Shown here piece by piece: positions 28,031-38,512 of a DNA stretch of 64,000 nucleotides (its first letter is position 1; the number at the start of each line of letters is the position of its first letter). The notes beneath the pieces are model-generated. The model was not told the DNA's origin and did not search any database. It saw only the letters and a list, made by a program, of their open reading frames with translations. A program made the translations under genes and the position numbers. The stretch is from contig JAGOBM010000001.1 of NCBI GenBank assembly GCA_017983435.1, positions 47,916 through 111,915 on the forward strand, in the 5' to 3' direction. The DNA is from Candidatus Moraniibacteriota bacterium (GTDB lineage: Bacteria > Patescibacteriota > Minisyncoccia > Moranbacterales > UBA1568).

Positions 28031-28738
28031 ATGCTTATCAGTGGCGTGACCAAACTGACCCTGATCGATTTCCCCGGCAAGACTGCTTGCATCGTTTTCA
28101 CAGCGGGCTGCAATTTCCGTTGCGGGTACTGCCACAATCCTGAGTTCGTCCTGCCGGAGCGGCTCAAGGAGATCGCGCCGGGCTTCATTCCTGAGGAGAC
28201 GATGCTCGGCTTCCTCAAGCGCCGTCAGGGCATGCTCGAGGGAGTGGTCATCACCGGCGGGGAGCCGACGCTTCACCCGGATCTCGAAGTGTTCATCCGG
28301 AAGGTGCGGGCACTCGGCTACGCTATCAAGCTCGATACCAATGGCAATCGGCCGGAGATGTTGCGTCGATTGATCGATGCGGAGCTCCTCGACTCTGTCG
28401 CCATGGATTTCAAGATCGATCACACCCGCTACCCTGGTCTCGTCGGTCCGGGCGCGGATCCGGAGAAAATCCGGGAGAGCTTCGATCTGCTCAAGGAGGG
28501 GCGAGTGCCGTACGAGTTCCGGACGACCTTGGTGCGGGAGATACATACGGACGAGGTGTTGGCGGATATGCGGCGCGAACTCAGGGGAGCGGCGCGCTAT
28601 TTTCTCCAGACATTCCGGCCGGGCATCGTGCTCCATCCATCGTTCGCCGGGTACCATTCGTTCTCCCGAGAGGAGATGCAGGAAATAGCGGATGACTTTT
28701 CCGCTGTGGTCGGAGAAATCGGCGTCCGTGAAGAGTGA
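28031..28738 (+). CDS. nrdG: Anaerobic RNR activating enzyme (radical SAM).
   Basis: CNFRCGYCHN radical-SAM cluster motif. Confidence 0.85.
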   Translation: MLISGVTKLTLIDFPGKTACIVFTAGCNFRCGYCHNPEFVLPERLKEIAPGFIPEETMLGFLKRRQGMLEGVVITGGEPTLHPDLEVFIRKVRALGYAIKLDTNGNRPEMLRRLIDAELLDSVAMDFKIDHTRYPGLVGPGADPEKIRESFDLLKEGRVPYEFRTTLVREIHTDEVLADMRRELRGAARYFLQTFRPGIVLHPSFAGYHSFSREEMQEIADDFSAVVGEIGVREE

Positions 28739-28855
28739 TTCCTGACTTGACTTTTTGTTGAAAAAGATGTATAAGCAGAGCAGGAGGGATACGTCGTAAG
28801 ACGATCCTATTTTTGTTGCTTTACAATTTTTTCTACTTTCTCGAAAGGAACGGCC

Positions 28856-30322
28856 ATGGCTGCCACGGTCAAGCAGAGACGGACTGCGAAAAGCAAGACG
28901 AAAGTGTTCGTGCTTGATACCAACGTCCTGATGCACGATCCGAACTGTCTCTTTAGGTTCGAAGAGCATGACGTATTCATCCCCATGATGACGCTCGAAG
29001 AGCTCGATAACCACAAGAAAGGACAAACCGAAGTAGCACGTAACGCCCGTCAGGCGACGCGTCTCATCGACCAGATGCTCGAAGCGGATGATGCGATCGA
29101 TATCGCTGCCGGCGTTTCCCTTACTGAACCTTCCAAAGGTCTGGCAAGCGGCCGGTTGTTCCTGCAGGCGGAGAATATGGCTGGCACATTGCCGGATTCT
29201 CTACCAAAGGGCAAGGGGGATCACCAGATTCTTTCGGTGATCATACACATGAAGGACAATGAGGCGTATGAAGGACGCCAAGTCATTCTCGTCACGAAAG
29301 ATCTGAACATGCGCATCAAAGCGCGGACGATCGGCGTGACGGCGCAGGACTACCTGAGCGACAAAGTGCTTGAGGATACGGATCTCTTGTATTCCGGTAT
29401 GACGGAGCTCGCTCCTGATTTCTGGGAGCAGCACAGCGAAGGTATGCAGTCAAAGAAGGAGGGTGCCAAGATCATCTATCGTGTCTCCGGCCCGCTCTGT
29501 CCGAGTCTGCTCGTCAATCAGCTGGTGTGGTCGGATGAATTCCAACTCGACGCTCTGGTCCGGGAAGTTTCTGGTCGTCGGGCGACGATCGAAACGCTGA
29601 CTGACTACACGCATCAGAAGCACGCGATCTGGGGGATCATGGCCAGGAACCGGGAGCAGAATTTCGCTCTCAACTTGCTCATGGATCCGAATATCGATTT
29701 CGTCACGCTCGTAGGTCAGGCGGGTACCGGCAAGACATTGCTGACGCTCGCTGCCGGTCTCGTGCAGACGCTCGAATCAAATCAGTATTCCGAAATCATC
29801 ATGACTCGGGTGACGGTGCCGGTCGGCGAAGACATCGGCTTTCTTCCGGGGACGGAGGAGGACAAGATGGCTCCGTGGATGGGTGCACTCGAGGATAACC
29901 TGGATGTATTGGGTTGTGATGCTGGTGAAGAGCACGAAAAAGACGACGGGATATATGGGAAGACAGCATTGGGACGGGAGGCTTCTCGGGCAGCAACCAG
30001 AGATATGATGCGTTTGCGCATCAAAGTCAGGTCGCTCAATTTCATGCGTGGCCGGACGTTCCTTAAGAAGTATGTCATCATCGACGAGGCTCAGAACCTG
30101 ACGCCGAAGCAGATGAAGACACTCATCACTCGTGCCGGTCCCGGTACGAAGATCGTGTGTCTCGGCAATCTCGCGCAGATCGATACTCCCTACCTCACGG
30201 AAGGGTCGTCCGGTCTTACGTATGTCGTCGACCGCTTCAAAGGATGGGAGAATGGCGGACACGTCATTCTCAAGCGCGGTGAACGCTCACGCTTGGCGGA
30301 TCATGCCAACGACGTGCTGTAA
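28856..30322 (+). CDS. PhoH2-type protein: N-terminal PIN domain plus PhoH-like ATPase.
   Basis: PIN-like N-terminus (VLDTNVLMHD); Walker A GQAGTGKTLL; PhoH core. Confidence 0.85.
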   Translation: MAATVKQRRTAKSKTKVFVLDTNVLMHDPNCLFRFEEHDVFIPMMTLEELDNHKKGQTEVARNARQATRLIDQMLEADDAIDIAAGVSLTEPSKGLASGRLFLQAENMAGTLPDSLPKGKGDHQILSVIIHMKDNEAYEGRQVILVTKDLNMRIKARTIGVTAQDYLSDKVLEDTDLLYSGMTELAPDFWEQHSEGMQSKKEGAKIIYRVSGPLCPSLLVNQLVWSDEFQLDALVREVSGRRATIETLTDYTHQKHAIWGIMARNREQNFALNLLMDPNIDFVTLVGQAGTGKTLLTLAAGLVQTLESNQYSEIIMTRVTVPVGEDIGFLPGTEEDKMAPWMGALEDNLDVLGCDAGEEHEKDDGIYGKTALGREASRAATRDMMRLRIKVRSLNFMRGRTFLKKYVIIDEAQNLTPKQMKTLITRAGPGTKIVCLGNLAQIDTPYLTEGSSGLTYVVDRFKGWENGGHVILKRGERSRLADHANDVL

Positions 30323-30330
30323 GAGTCGCG

Positions 30331-30367
30331 TATGCCCTGGAAAGGAAACTTTCCAGGGCTTTTTTTT
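30331..30367 (+). terminator. Intrinsic terminator.
   Basis: GCCCTGGAAAGgaaaCTTTCCAGGGC followed by T8. Confidence 0.75.
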
Positions 30368-30756
30368 ATGAAAAAACGTGTATACTAGGAGGGCAATCAG
30401 TAATATATCCAGATATGGAAGGGGAGAATATGCTGTCCGCGATGGGCAGGAAGGATGAGAGAGAGATACCGTCAGGAGAGACACCGCAGGAGATGCCGCG
30501 TACGCCGGAAGAGGAGCAGGAGCCGGAAATCGATCATGAGATCGGTCAGCGCATCATCGATGATATCGAGAGCGGCGAAGATGCTGATCGGCAGCATCGC
30601 GACCGTGTTGACCAGATCATTTATGACCGGGATCATCGCCGGACGATTCATTGAAAAACAGGGGATAAACCGCCTTGGTTCACATCGGGGCGGTTTTGTG
30701 TTTGGAGCGGAAGCCCGGGCAGTGCTACGATACGGAAACACCTCTCGATACTCCGT

Positions 30757-32298
30757 ATGACTCAGGATGAAGCTCTGGCGATCCTCAGGACCGGCGCGCA
30801 TGTCTTTCTGACGGGCGAGGCCGGATCCGGCAAGACGCACACCATCAATCGTTACACCACGTACCTGCGCGAGCACGGTATCGATTTTGCCGTGACCGCT
30901 TCGACTGGTATCGCGGCGACGCATATCCATGGCCTGACCATCCATGCGTGGAGCGGAGTCGGGGTGGAGCGCCGGCTCGATGACGATGCTATCGCTGATA
31001 TCGCGGACAATCGCAAGGTCGCCAAGCGCATCAAAAAAGCCAAGGTGCTTATCATCGATGAGATCTCGATGCTCGATGCAGCGGTTTTCGATCTCGTCGA
31101 GCGGGTCTGCCGCAAGGTCCGCAAGGGGCATCTGCCGTTCGGGGGATTGCAGGTCGTCGTGGTCGGTGATTTCTTCCAGCTGCCGCCGATCGCACACGAG
31201 GGGCAGACCGCTCGTTTCGCCTTCGAATCTGATGCCTGGCTCTGGCTCAATTTCAAAGTCTGCTACCTCACTGAGCAGCACCGCCAGGAGGATGATGTCT
31301 TCCTGGGGATGCTGACGGCCATCCGCCGTCAGAGCTGGACAGCGGACCACCAGCGCATCATCGAGGAGCGCCTCATCGGCGAAGGCGAATTGCCGGACGA
31401 GATGACGCGGCTTTTCTCACACAACGTCGATGTCGATCGGATCAACCAGGGTGAGCTCCGGAAGCTGCCGAGCAAGACCTATCGGTTCATCATGGCGGAG
31501 CGCGGGCCCGAGAAGCTCGTCGCGGCGCTCAAGCGCGGCTGTCTCTCCCCGGAGAGCCTCGAACTCAAAGAAGGAGCGACCGTCATGTTTACCAAGAACA
31601 ATCCGGATGAAGGCTATGTCAACGGGACGCTCGGTATTATCACCGGCTTCGAGGGATCGAAACATTTTCCAGTCGTACGGACTCATCGCGGCGATCGTGT
31701 CACGGTGGAGCCGGCCGAGTGGATGATCGCCGAGGGCGATGAGATCTTCGCCAAGATCACCCAGCTGCCGCTCCGGCTCGCCTGGGCGATGACGATACAC
31801 AAGAGCCAGGGGGTGAGCCTCGACGCGGCGGTGATGGATCTCTCGCAGACTTTCGAATTCGGCCAGGGCTATGTGGCGCTGTCACGGGTGCGCCGCTTGT
31901 CAGGCATTCATCTCATCGGCATCAACGCCAAGGCGCTCATGGTGCATCCGGCAGTGCTCGAGGTGGACGTCTCTTTCCGCCAGGTTTCCGAGAAAGCCGG
32001 AGAAGATCTCTCTCTCCTCGCGCCGGAGAAACAGCGGGAGCTCGAGAAGAATTTCATCCTGATCTGCGGAGGGAAGATACAGGCGGTGAAGCGGGTCGAA
32101 AAGCCGGTTGAGACCGATCTTGAGAAACGACGCACGGAACATAAGAACGCGTATCGCCCTTGGACGGGCGCGGAAGAGACGGAACTCAAGCAGTGCTTCG
32201 ACCGGGGCGATCGGGTCAAAGATATGGCGGAGAGACTCGGTCGTGAGCCTGGGGCGATCCGGGCCCGGATCAAGAAGCTCGGTCTCAAGGAGATCTAG
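30757..32298 (+). CDS. Pif1/RecD-family 5'-3' DNA helicase with a C-terminal HTH-like extension.
   Basis: Walker A GEAGSGKTHT, AAA_30/Pif1 core, IDEISML, C-terminal helicase motifs. Confidence 0.75.
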   Translation: MTQDEALAILRTGAHVFLTGEAGSGKTHTINRYTTYLREHGIDFAVTASTGIAATHIHGLTIHAWSGVGVERRLDDDAIADIADNRKVAKRIKKAKVLIIDEISMLDAAVFDLVERVCRKVRKGHLPFGGLQVVVVGDFFQLPPIAHEGQTARFAFESDAWLWLNFKVCYLTEQHRQEDDVFLGMLTAIRRQSWTADHQRIIEERLIGEGELPDEMTRLFSHNVDVDRINQGELRKLPSKTYRFIMAERGPEKLVAALKRGCLSPESLELKEGATVMFTKNNPDEGYVNGTLGIITGFEGSKHFPVVRTHRGDRVTVEPAEWMIAEGDEIFAKITQLPLRLAWAMTIHKSQGVSLDAAVMDLSQTFEFGQGYVALSRVRRLSGIHLIGINAKALMVHPAVLEVDVSFRQVSEKAGEDLSLLAPEKQRELEKNFILICGGKIQAVKRVEKPVETDLEKRRTEHKNAYRPWTGAEETELKQCFDRGDRVKDMAERLGREPGAIRARIKKLGLKEI

Positions 32299-32299
32299 A

Positions 32300-32542
32300 G
32301 TGTATTTTGAGATCATTCCTTCTATGCGTATTTTTGTCACCACCAAGACGAAAGCGAGAGCTGAGAGTGTGGAGCGTCTCGACGAGACTCATTTTGTCGT
32401 GTCCGTGAAAGCCCTTCCGATCGAAGGCAAGGCGAATACAGCTATCATGAAGCTTCTGGCTCGGCATCTCGGCATTCCGATCGCGGATATCTCGCTTCGG
32501 TCCGGATCGACCGGGAAGCACAAGGTCTTCGAGGTCGGATAG
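32300..32542 (+). CDS. DUF167/YggU-family small protein; GTG start at 32300 or ATG at 32324.
   Basis: The stretch HFVVSVKALPIEGKANTAIMKLLARHLGIPIADISL resembles UPF0235. Confidence 0.5.
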   Translation: MYFEIIPSMRIFVTTKTKARAESVERLDETHFVVSVKALPIEGKANTAIMKLLARHLGIPIADISLRSGSTGKHKVFEVG

Positions 32543-32561
32543 GGAAGATATACGGTATACT

Positions 32562-33839
32562 GTGTCTATGTTCTCCTTGCATACATCAGAGCGGAAGACT
32601 CAGAGCCTCCGGGGCGGCATCATCGTGCGGGTGATCTCGTCGTTCCTGTCTTTGTTTGTGCTCGTAGTCGCATGCCTCGCGCTCTCCGATGCGTTTCGCG
32701 GAGTCTCGCTCGACCAGGCTGGCCTGCGCTCAGGTGTCGCCGAGATGCTCGGGGTCAGAGTTTCGGAGACCGTGGCAACGCTGCCGGCGGCCGCAGATCC
32801 GAAGTTGGTCCGGTTCGAATGGAAATACGGTGGTCATACTTATGCCCTCGATGAAACATTCTACGGATCGCACTACCGTTTTTACCGTTCGCTGCCGACC
32901 GGCATACCGCTCGGGGATACCGGGGCGCAGGACCGGACCTGGTGGGCTTCGCTCGACGCGCTGTTTCTCAGGACCATCGAGGGGGATATGGCTATCAGCC
33001 GATTGGCGCCGGCTCTCCGAGAGCTCGGCCAGGCACAGAAGCTTTCTGATGATCAGCTCGTCGAGTTTGTCGCGGCGTTCGTGCAGGCTATTCCGTATGA
33101 TCAGGCGAAGACCGACCGGCGCGAGCAGGGTCTGAGTACCGATGCCGAGAAAGTCACCTATCCGTACGAGGTACTCTACGATCAGAAAGGAGTCTGTCAG
33201 GACAAGAGCTATCTCGCCTATCGTCTGCTCCAGGAGCTCGGCTATGGTGTCGCGATTTTTCTCTTCCCGGATCCGGCTGACAATCACATGGCGGTCGGCG
33301 TCCGCTGTCCGGCACAGTATTCGAATTATGCTTCCGGATACTGCTTTCTCGAGACGACTGGCACAGGCAACAAGATCGGCATGATACCGGAGCTCTCCGC
33401 AGCGACGCGTGTAGCGACGGCTGATATCGAGATCGGAGATATCAAGACGGACCAGCCAGCCGGTCAGTACCAGCCGCTCGGGCGAGTCGAAGTCATCAAT
33501 GCGATCGAGGGGAAGGAATATGCCGGCATCGTCGCGACAATCAAGACGCGCGATGAGCTCGAGCGTTTGAGGACATCGATCGCGGGTTATCGACGTGAGC
33601 TCAAAACGCTTGGCTCGACCGTCGAGTCCGAGGAGAGCACACTTGAGAAGTACAGAGACAAACTCGACAAGCTGAAACGGCAGGAGCGCTACGAGGATTA
33701 CAACGACCTTGTGGAGGAGTACAATGATCTGGCCGCCAAGCTGAAGAAACATATCGCTGCCTACAATGCCTTGGTAACCAAGAGCAATGCGGCGATACAG
33801 CGATACAATACGCTCGGGAATGGCTTCTATGCTGATTGA
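32562..33839 (+). CDS. Membrane-anchored transglutaminase-like domain protein with a C-terminal coiled-coil.
   Basis: Putative Cys core GVCQDKSYLAYRLLQELGY; N-terminal TM. Confidence 0.45.
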   Translation: MSMFSLHTSERKTQSLRGGIIVRVISSFLSLFVLVVACLALSDAFRGVSLDQAGLRSGVAEMLGVRVSETVATLPAAADPKLVRFEWKYGGHTYALDETFYGSHYRFYRSLPTGIPLGDTGAQDRTWWASLDALFLRTIEGDMAISRLAPALRELGQAQKLSDDQLVEFVAAFVQAIPYDQAKTDRREQGLSTDAEKVTYPYEVLYDQKGVCQDKSYLAYRLLQELGYGVAIFLFPDPADNHMAVGVRCPAQYSNYASGYCFLETTGTGNKIGMIPELSAATRVATADIEIGDIKTDQPAGQYQPLGRVEVINAIEGKEYAGIVATIKTRDELERLRTSIAGYRRELKTLGSTVESEESTLEKYRDKLDKLKRQERYEDYNDLVEEYNDLAAKLKKHIAAYNALVTKSNAAIQRYNTLGNGFYAD

Positions 33840-33903
33840 CTTTCCTGCTTGTTTGGTGTATAATAGTACGTTGCCATTGTAGCAACATTGACAAGGAGAA
33901 AGT

Positions 33904-34249
33904 CATGACTCACATGACAAGTATGGAGATATCATCGGCCCTGCTCGGATCGATGATAGCGATTACGCTGACTCGATCGGTACGGTATTTCATTCGGACA
34001 CCGGATGGCTGCCTGCATCAGGAAGCGAAATGGCTGTTCCAAGGAGAGTTCATCCATATCGGCGCGATCAAAGAAGGATATTATCCTCAGAAGGTCGAGG
34101 TGGTACCGTTTGTCCGGTTCGGACATATCTACTACGTGATACTGCGTGAGCTCGTCACACAGGACATCGCCGAGCGCATCCGTTTCATAGGTGAGCTCGA
34201 CCGTCAGGGGAGTCCTGAGCAGAAAGGAGTCCGTCCATGGATGCGGTAG
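33904..34249 (+). CDS. Hypothetical protein.
   Basis: ORF with ordinary composition; weak similarity to the next ORF. Confidence 0.35.
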
Positions 34250-34527
34250 TCAAACCAGCGACCATCATGGTCACGATGACGCATGCGGTCCGCTTCTTCC
34301 GGGTAGTGGACAGTCAGGTACAGTTGTACCGTACGGATCGGATCGTTATTGAAGGGTCGAAGATCCGTATCTGGCCTCCGGAGCAGAAGGTATATGATCA
34401 TCGGATACAGCTGGCGGTGCCATGTGTGTATCTGTCTCGTCCGGGATATATCTTGCTTGAGGAGATCCGTGATCCGTTTCTGAAAGAGCGCATGTCTCTG
34501 CTGCGTCGATTCTCGATAGCCGCGTGA
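34237..34527 (+). CDS. Hypothetical protein.
   Basis: ORF overlapping the previous one by 13 nt. Confidence 0.35.
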   Translation: MDAVVKPATIMVTMTHAVRFFRVVDSQVQLYRTDRIVIEGSKIRIWPPEQKVYDHRIQLAVPCVYLSRPGYILLEEIRDPFLKERMSLLRRFSIAA

Positions 34528-34671
34528 GCGATGAAGTACTTTTGACACAGAGGAGAAAGAAACATGAATGGTAAGTCATGACGATTGTTCCTACAGAAGC
34601 GTTGTTTCCCGAGAGGAGACAGCACTTTTTCTTTTGTCAGAGAAGGGGAAACAGTGATAGACTGGAAGCGT

Positions 34672-35070
34672 ATGAAAAAGAAGAAACACATGTTCAGGCT
34701 GTTCGGGCACGGAGGGGCGATCGATATCTGGTCGATGCCGCATCTTTTCTTCGGCGTGGTCGCGGCGATTTTCGCGATCGTGGTTGGTTTGGATTTCCTG
34801 CCGACATTTGTCATTATCCTCATGGTCGCGATCTTCTGGGAATGGTTCGAACGGCGCTATCTCGGCGTCCGTGAGAATCGTCTCAACCAGTCCGCGGATT
34901 GCGCGCTGCCGCTCATCGCCTTCAGCCTGGCCTACCCGCTCTTCGAGACCGTGCCGTTTGCGCATGGCAGCCGTCCGGCGATACTGGTGGCAGCGGTGCT
35001 TCTCTTCTTTCTCCTGAACTATATCTCCTGGGAAGCCCGGCTCAACGGCGAACGGGAATTTCTTGGGTAA
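34672..35070 (+). CDS. Hypothetical membrane protein.
   Basis: Three to four predicted TM helices. Confidence 0.45.
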   Translation: MKKKKHMFRLFGHGGAIDIWSMPHLFFGVVAAIFAIVVGLDFLPTFVIILMVAIFWEWFERRYLGVRENRLNQSADCALPLIAFSLAYPLFETVPFAHGSRPAILVAAVLLFFLLNYISWEARLNGEREFLG

Positions 35071-35095
35071 GATCTATCGCTGCTAGAAAGAACAT

Positions 35096-35476
35096 ATGGC
35101 AGATGTTTGGAATCAGCTCACACCCGAAGAAGAAGAAATCATCGCGCACAAGAAAACAGAGCGTCCGTTTTCGGGTCAGTACGATGATTTTTTTGGGGAA
35201 GGGATATATCGCTGTCGGCGGTGTGACGCCCAGCTTTATATTTCTCGGGATAAATTCCATTCTGGCTGCGGCTGGCCAAGCTTCGACGACGCCGTGCCTG
35301 GTGCGGTGACCCGAATACCAGATACGGATGGGTTCCGGACAGAGATCGTCTGCACGCATTGCGGGGCGCATCTCGGGCACGTGTTTGAAGGAGAGCAGCT
35401 GACGGAGAAGAATACGCGTTACTGCGTGAATTCCCTTTCCCTCTCTTTCGTCCCGAAAGATACGAAAGAAAAATAA
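35096..35476 (+). CDS. msrB: Peptide methionine sulfoxide reductase B.
   Basis: CRRCDAQL...GCGWPSF...HLGHVF (SelR). Confidence 0.9.
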   Translation: MADVWNQLTPEEEEIIAHKKTERPFSGQYDDFFGEGIYRCRRCDAQLYISRDKFHSGCGWPSFDDAVPGAVTRIPDTDGFRTEIVCTHCGAHLGHVFEGEQLTEKNTRYCVNSLSLSFVPKDTKEK

Positions 35477-35477
35477 T

Positions 35478-36026
35478 ATGGCTACAAACACTCCTTGTAT
35501 CGAACGGGCCGTATTCGGTGGTGGGTGTTTCTGGTGTGTCGAAGCGATATTTTCACGATTACGTGGCGTGGAGAGTGTCGTGTCGGGGTATGCCGGCGGA
35601 CTGACTGTCGACCCGACATATGCAGAGGTCTCTTCCGGGGAGACGGGGCATGCCGAAGTTGCGGAAATTCGATTTGATCCGACGGTCATACCGTACGAGA
35701 TTTTGCTCGAAGTATTTTTTGCCATGCATGACCCGACCACGCCGAACCGGCAGGGAGCTGATATCGGGACACAGTATCGCTCCATTATTCTTACAGTTAC
35801 CGAGGCGCAGCAGAAGAGAGTGGAACAGGCATTAGCTTCGCTTGAGTCCGAACACGTCTTCGATCGTCCGATCGTGACAGAGATCAGGCCGCTGGATGCT
35901 TTTTATCAGGCGGAAGCCTCCCATCAGGAGTACTATCAACGGCATCCGGAGCAGGCCTACTGTCAGGCAGTCATCACTCCGAAGCTCGCCCATCTCCGAG
36001 TCTCTTTTCAGGAACTGCTCAGGTAA
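35478..36026 (+). CDS. msrA: Peptide methionine sulfoxide reductase A.
   Basis: GGGCFWCVEA active-site motif. Confidence 0.9.
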   Translation: MATNTPCIERAVFGGGCFWCVEAIFSRLRGVESVVSGYAGGLTVDPTYAEVSSGETGHAEVAEIRFDPTVIPYEILLEVFFAMHDPTTPNRQGADIGTQYRSIILTVTEAQQKRVEQALASLESEHVFDRPIVTEIRPLDAFYQAEASHQEYYQRHPEQAYCQAVITPKLAHLRVSFQELLR

Positions 36027-36119
36027 ACCGATCGGGGAGACCAGGAAATTCCGTATGCTAGAATAGGCAGACGCTTCTTTTTGACTATTCACTTGAATTG
36101 ATGGGTTAGTTTACGCATT

Positions 36120-37337
36120 ATGAAAAAGAAAACGCTCCGAGTCCTCTTCTTCACCCTCATGCTCGACATGATCGGACTCGGCATGGTCATCCCCATCATT
36201 CCGATCATCTTCACCGACCCATCAAGTCCGTCCTTCCTGCTCCAGGGCTATTCGACGCAGGGGCAGTATATCGTGTCCGGAGTCATCACAGCGCTGTTCG
36301 GTATCATCCTCTTTTTCGCTGCCCCGATACTCGGCGAGCTGTCGGATGTCTATGGGCGCAAGCGGCTGCTCATGGTCGGTGTCGGTGTGCTGGCATTCTC
36401 GCAGCTCCTCTTCGGTCTCGGCATCGAGATTGGTTCACTCACGCTTCTCTTCGTCAGTCGGGCGGTAGCCGGTCTGGCAGGGGCGAATTTCAGCATCGCG
36501 CAGGCGAGTATCGCTGATGTCTCGGAGCCTCACGAGCGGGCCAAGAATTTCGGCCTTATCGGAGCCGCTTTCGGCATTGGATTCATACTGGGCCCGGTGC
36601 TCGGCGGGTGGATCGCTGCCGCTCTGCATTCGGCCGCCGCTCCTTTCTGGTTCTCGGGCATGCTCGGCATCGTCAACACGCTCCTCGTCATGTTCTTCCT
36701 GCCGGAGACCCGGAAGACGAGTGCGGCCGATCGGAAGCGGTTCCATCTGCTCCGCGGCATCGACAATATCCGGGCAGCGTTCCGGGACAAGGATGCGAGC
36801 CCAGTCTATATGGCGAGCTTCCTGTATATCTCTGGCTTCTCTTTCTTCACTTCGTTCATCGGCATCCTGCTCGTCAGCCGCTTCAGTCAGTCGGAGGCGG
36901 AGATCGGCAGCTTTTTCGGCTTCGTCGGTGTCTGGATCATCGTGACACAGACGGTGATCCTCCGGACGCTATCGAAGCGCTATACGGAGCGGACGATACT
37001 CCGTATCTCGCTCGCGTGTCTCGCTGGTGCGATCGCGCTCTATCCGCTCGCTCCGAGCGTCTTCTGGGTGTTCTTGCTCGCTCCGCTGACGTCTATTCCC
37101 AACGGCCTTTCGATGGCCAATATGAGCGCGCTCGTGAGCAAGAGCGTTTCGGTCGACAAGCAGGGGGCGGCGCTCGGTATCAATGGCTCGCTCGGCGCAC
37201 TGTCGAGCGGCATCGTCCCGCTCCTGGCCGGCTTCGGCTCAGGCTTCCTCGGTCTCTCGGCACCGTTCTTCGTGGGCGGCTTGCTCGTGGCGGCCGCCTG
37301 GGGTATGATGGTGCTCAATCATCGACGCTATGCCTGA
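36120..37337 (+). CDS. MFS transporter.
   Basis: 12-TM topology with MFS signature loops. Confidence 0.8.
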   Translation: MKKKTLRVLFFTLMLDMIGLGMVIPIIPIIFTDPSSPSFLLQGYSTQGQYIVSGVITALFGIILFFAAPILGELSDVYGRKRLLMVGVGVLAFSQLLFGLGIEIGSLTLLFVSRAVAGLAGANFSIAQASIADVSEPHERAKNFGLIGAAFGIGFILGPVLGGWIAAALHSAAAPFWFSGMLGIVNTLLVMFFLPETRKTSAADRKRFHLLRGIDNIRAAFRDKDASPVYMASFLYISGFSFFTSFIGILLVSRFSQSEAEIGSFFGFVGVWIIVTQTVILRTLSKRYTERTILRISLACLAGAIALYPLAPSVFWVFLLAPLTSIPNGLSMANMSALVSKSVSVDKQGAALGINGSLGALSSGIVPLLAGFGSGFLGLSAPFFVGGLLVAAAWGMMVLNHRRYA

Positions 37338-37887
37338 GAAATTCCTACTGCATACCTGCTGCGCGCCGTGCGGCATCGCGGTCATCGACGAGCTCCGGAA
37401 GGAGTTCGATTTGACTATCCTCTTCTTCAATCCGAATATCTATCCGGAGACGGAATACATCAAGCGCAAGGCCGAAGTGATACGCGTGTGCGAGGAGTGG
37501 TCGCTCCCGATGATCGATATGGACTATGTGCCGGAGGAGTGGGCCAGCCGGGTCCGAGGACTCGAGAGCGAGCCGGAGCAGGGCAAGCGCTGCTATACCT
37601 GTATTGGCATGCGGCTTGACCGGTCAGCTCGTGAAGCTAAGGAGCGGGGATTCGGCATCTTCGGGACGACGCTCACGATGGGCAGCCGCAAGAGCTCCAA
37701 AGTCATCTTTCCGATCGGCGAGGCGGCGGCCCGCCGGCATGGTCTGGATTTTTACGCTGAGGACTGGAAGAAGCAGGGGCGCGAAGCGATCGGCCGCCAA
37801 ATGGTCCGCGAGCGAGGCATCTATCGTCAGAATTATTGTGGTTGCCGCTACTCGATCCGAGAGTCGGTGCCTGGCCGAGATGTCTAG
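37330..37887 (+). CDS. queH: Epoxyqueuosine reductase QueH (DUF208).
   Basis: LLHTCCAPCG and conserved DUF208 cysteines. Confidence 0.8.
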   Translation: MPEKFLLHTCCAPCGIAVIDELRKEFDLTILFFNPNIYPETEYIKRKAEVIRVCEEWSLPMIDMDYVPEEWASRVRGLESEPEQGKRCYTCIGMRLDRSAREAKERGFGIFGTTLTMGSRKSSKVIFPIGEAAARRHGLDFYAEDWKKQGREAIGRQMVRERGIYRQNYCGCRYSIRESVPGRDV

Positions 37888-37958
37888 CTGGGTATTGCTA
37901 TTTTGCTCGATATGTGATACAATATATTGAGTTCATTTTTCAATACAAGGGAGGAATC

Positions 37959-38456
37959 ATGGCAGCTCAACAGCTTCCGCAAGGGTGTATCGATGCGGTC
38001 CGTTTCATGGCCTGCGGCGGACAAGGGATAGCCCCTGAGTGTTCTCGGGCGCGCTTCTATCGGCTTGAGGACTATCAAGAGCGGTTGGCAGCGCGTCAGA
38101 TCGATGCCAGTGATTGTCCGGTCGTCGACCGATATTTCGATATCGTCATTTCTCAGCCGGAGAATCACCGCCGTCTTGCAGCTCTGCTCGGGTTCGCACA
38201 CGGGCTCTGTCTCACGGATCGGACTCTACCGCAGGACTTCCCGTTCTGGTGGCAGGCGCTCTCAGCACTCGGTGTGACTGGCTGGGAAGCGGATGCTCGT
38301 CAGACCGCATTTCAGTTCCGTTTTCTCGAGCGGGGGTACTATCTGTCGGATGTGACGGATGTCCGCCTCTGTATCCGGCGCGAAGCCTATCGCTTCGATC
38401 CGACTGACACGGCGATTATGGAGAACCTCTCGTGTTTCGAGACGCAGTACGTGTAG
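37959..38456 (+). CDS. Hypothetical protein.
   Basis: SD AAGGGAGGAAT before the ATG at 37959. Confidence 0.5.
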   Translation: MAAQQLPQGCIDAVRFMACGGQGIAPECSRARFYRLEDYQERLAARQIDASDCPVVDRYFDIVISQPENHRRLAALLGFAHGLCLTDRTLPQDFPFWWQALSALGVTGWEADARQTAFQFRFLERGYYLSDVTDVRLCIRREAYRFDPTDTAIMENLSCFETQYV

Positions 38457-38512
38457 TCAAAGCGGATGATCCCTAGATCATCCGCTTCTTTTTTTTCAGG
38501 GTGGGGTAAACT

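Noticed and set aside
27416-29026. 536-aa minus-strand ORF spanning the nrdD/nrdG spacer and nrdG
   Set aside because: Antisense to nrdG, which has a radical-SAM motif, and to the nrdD 3' end; low-complexity composition.
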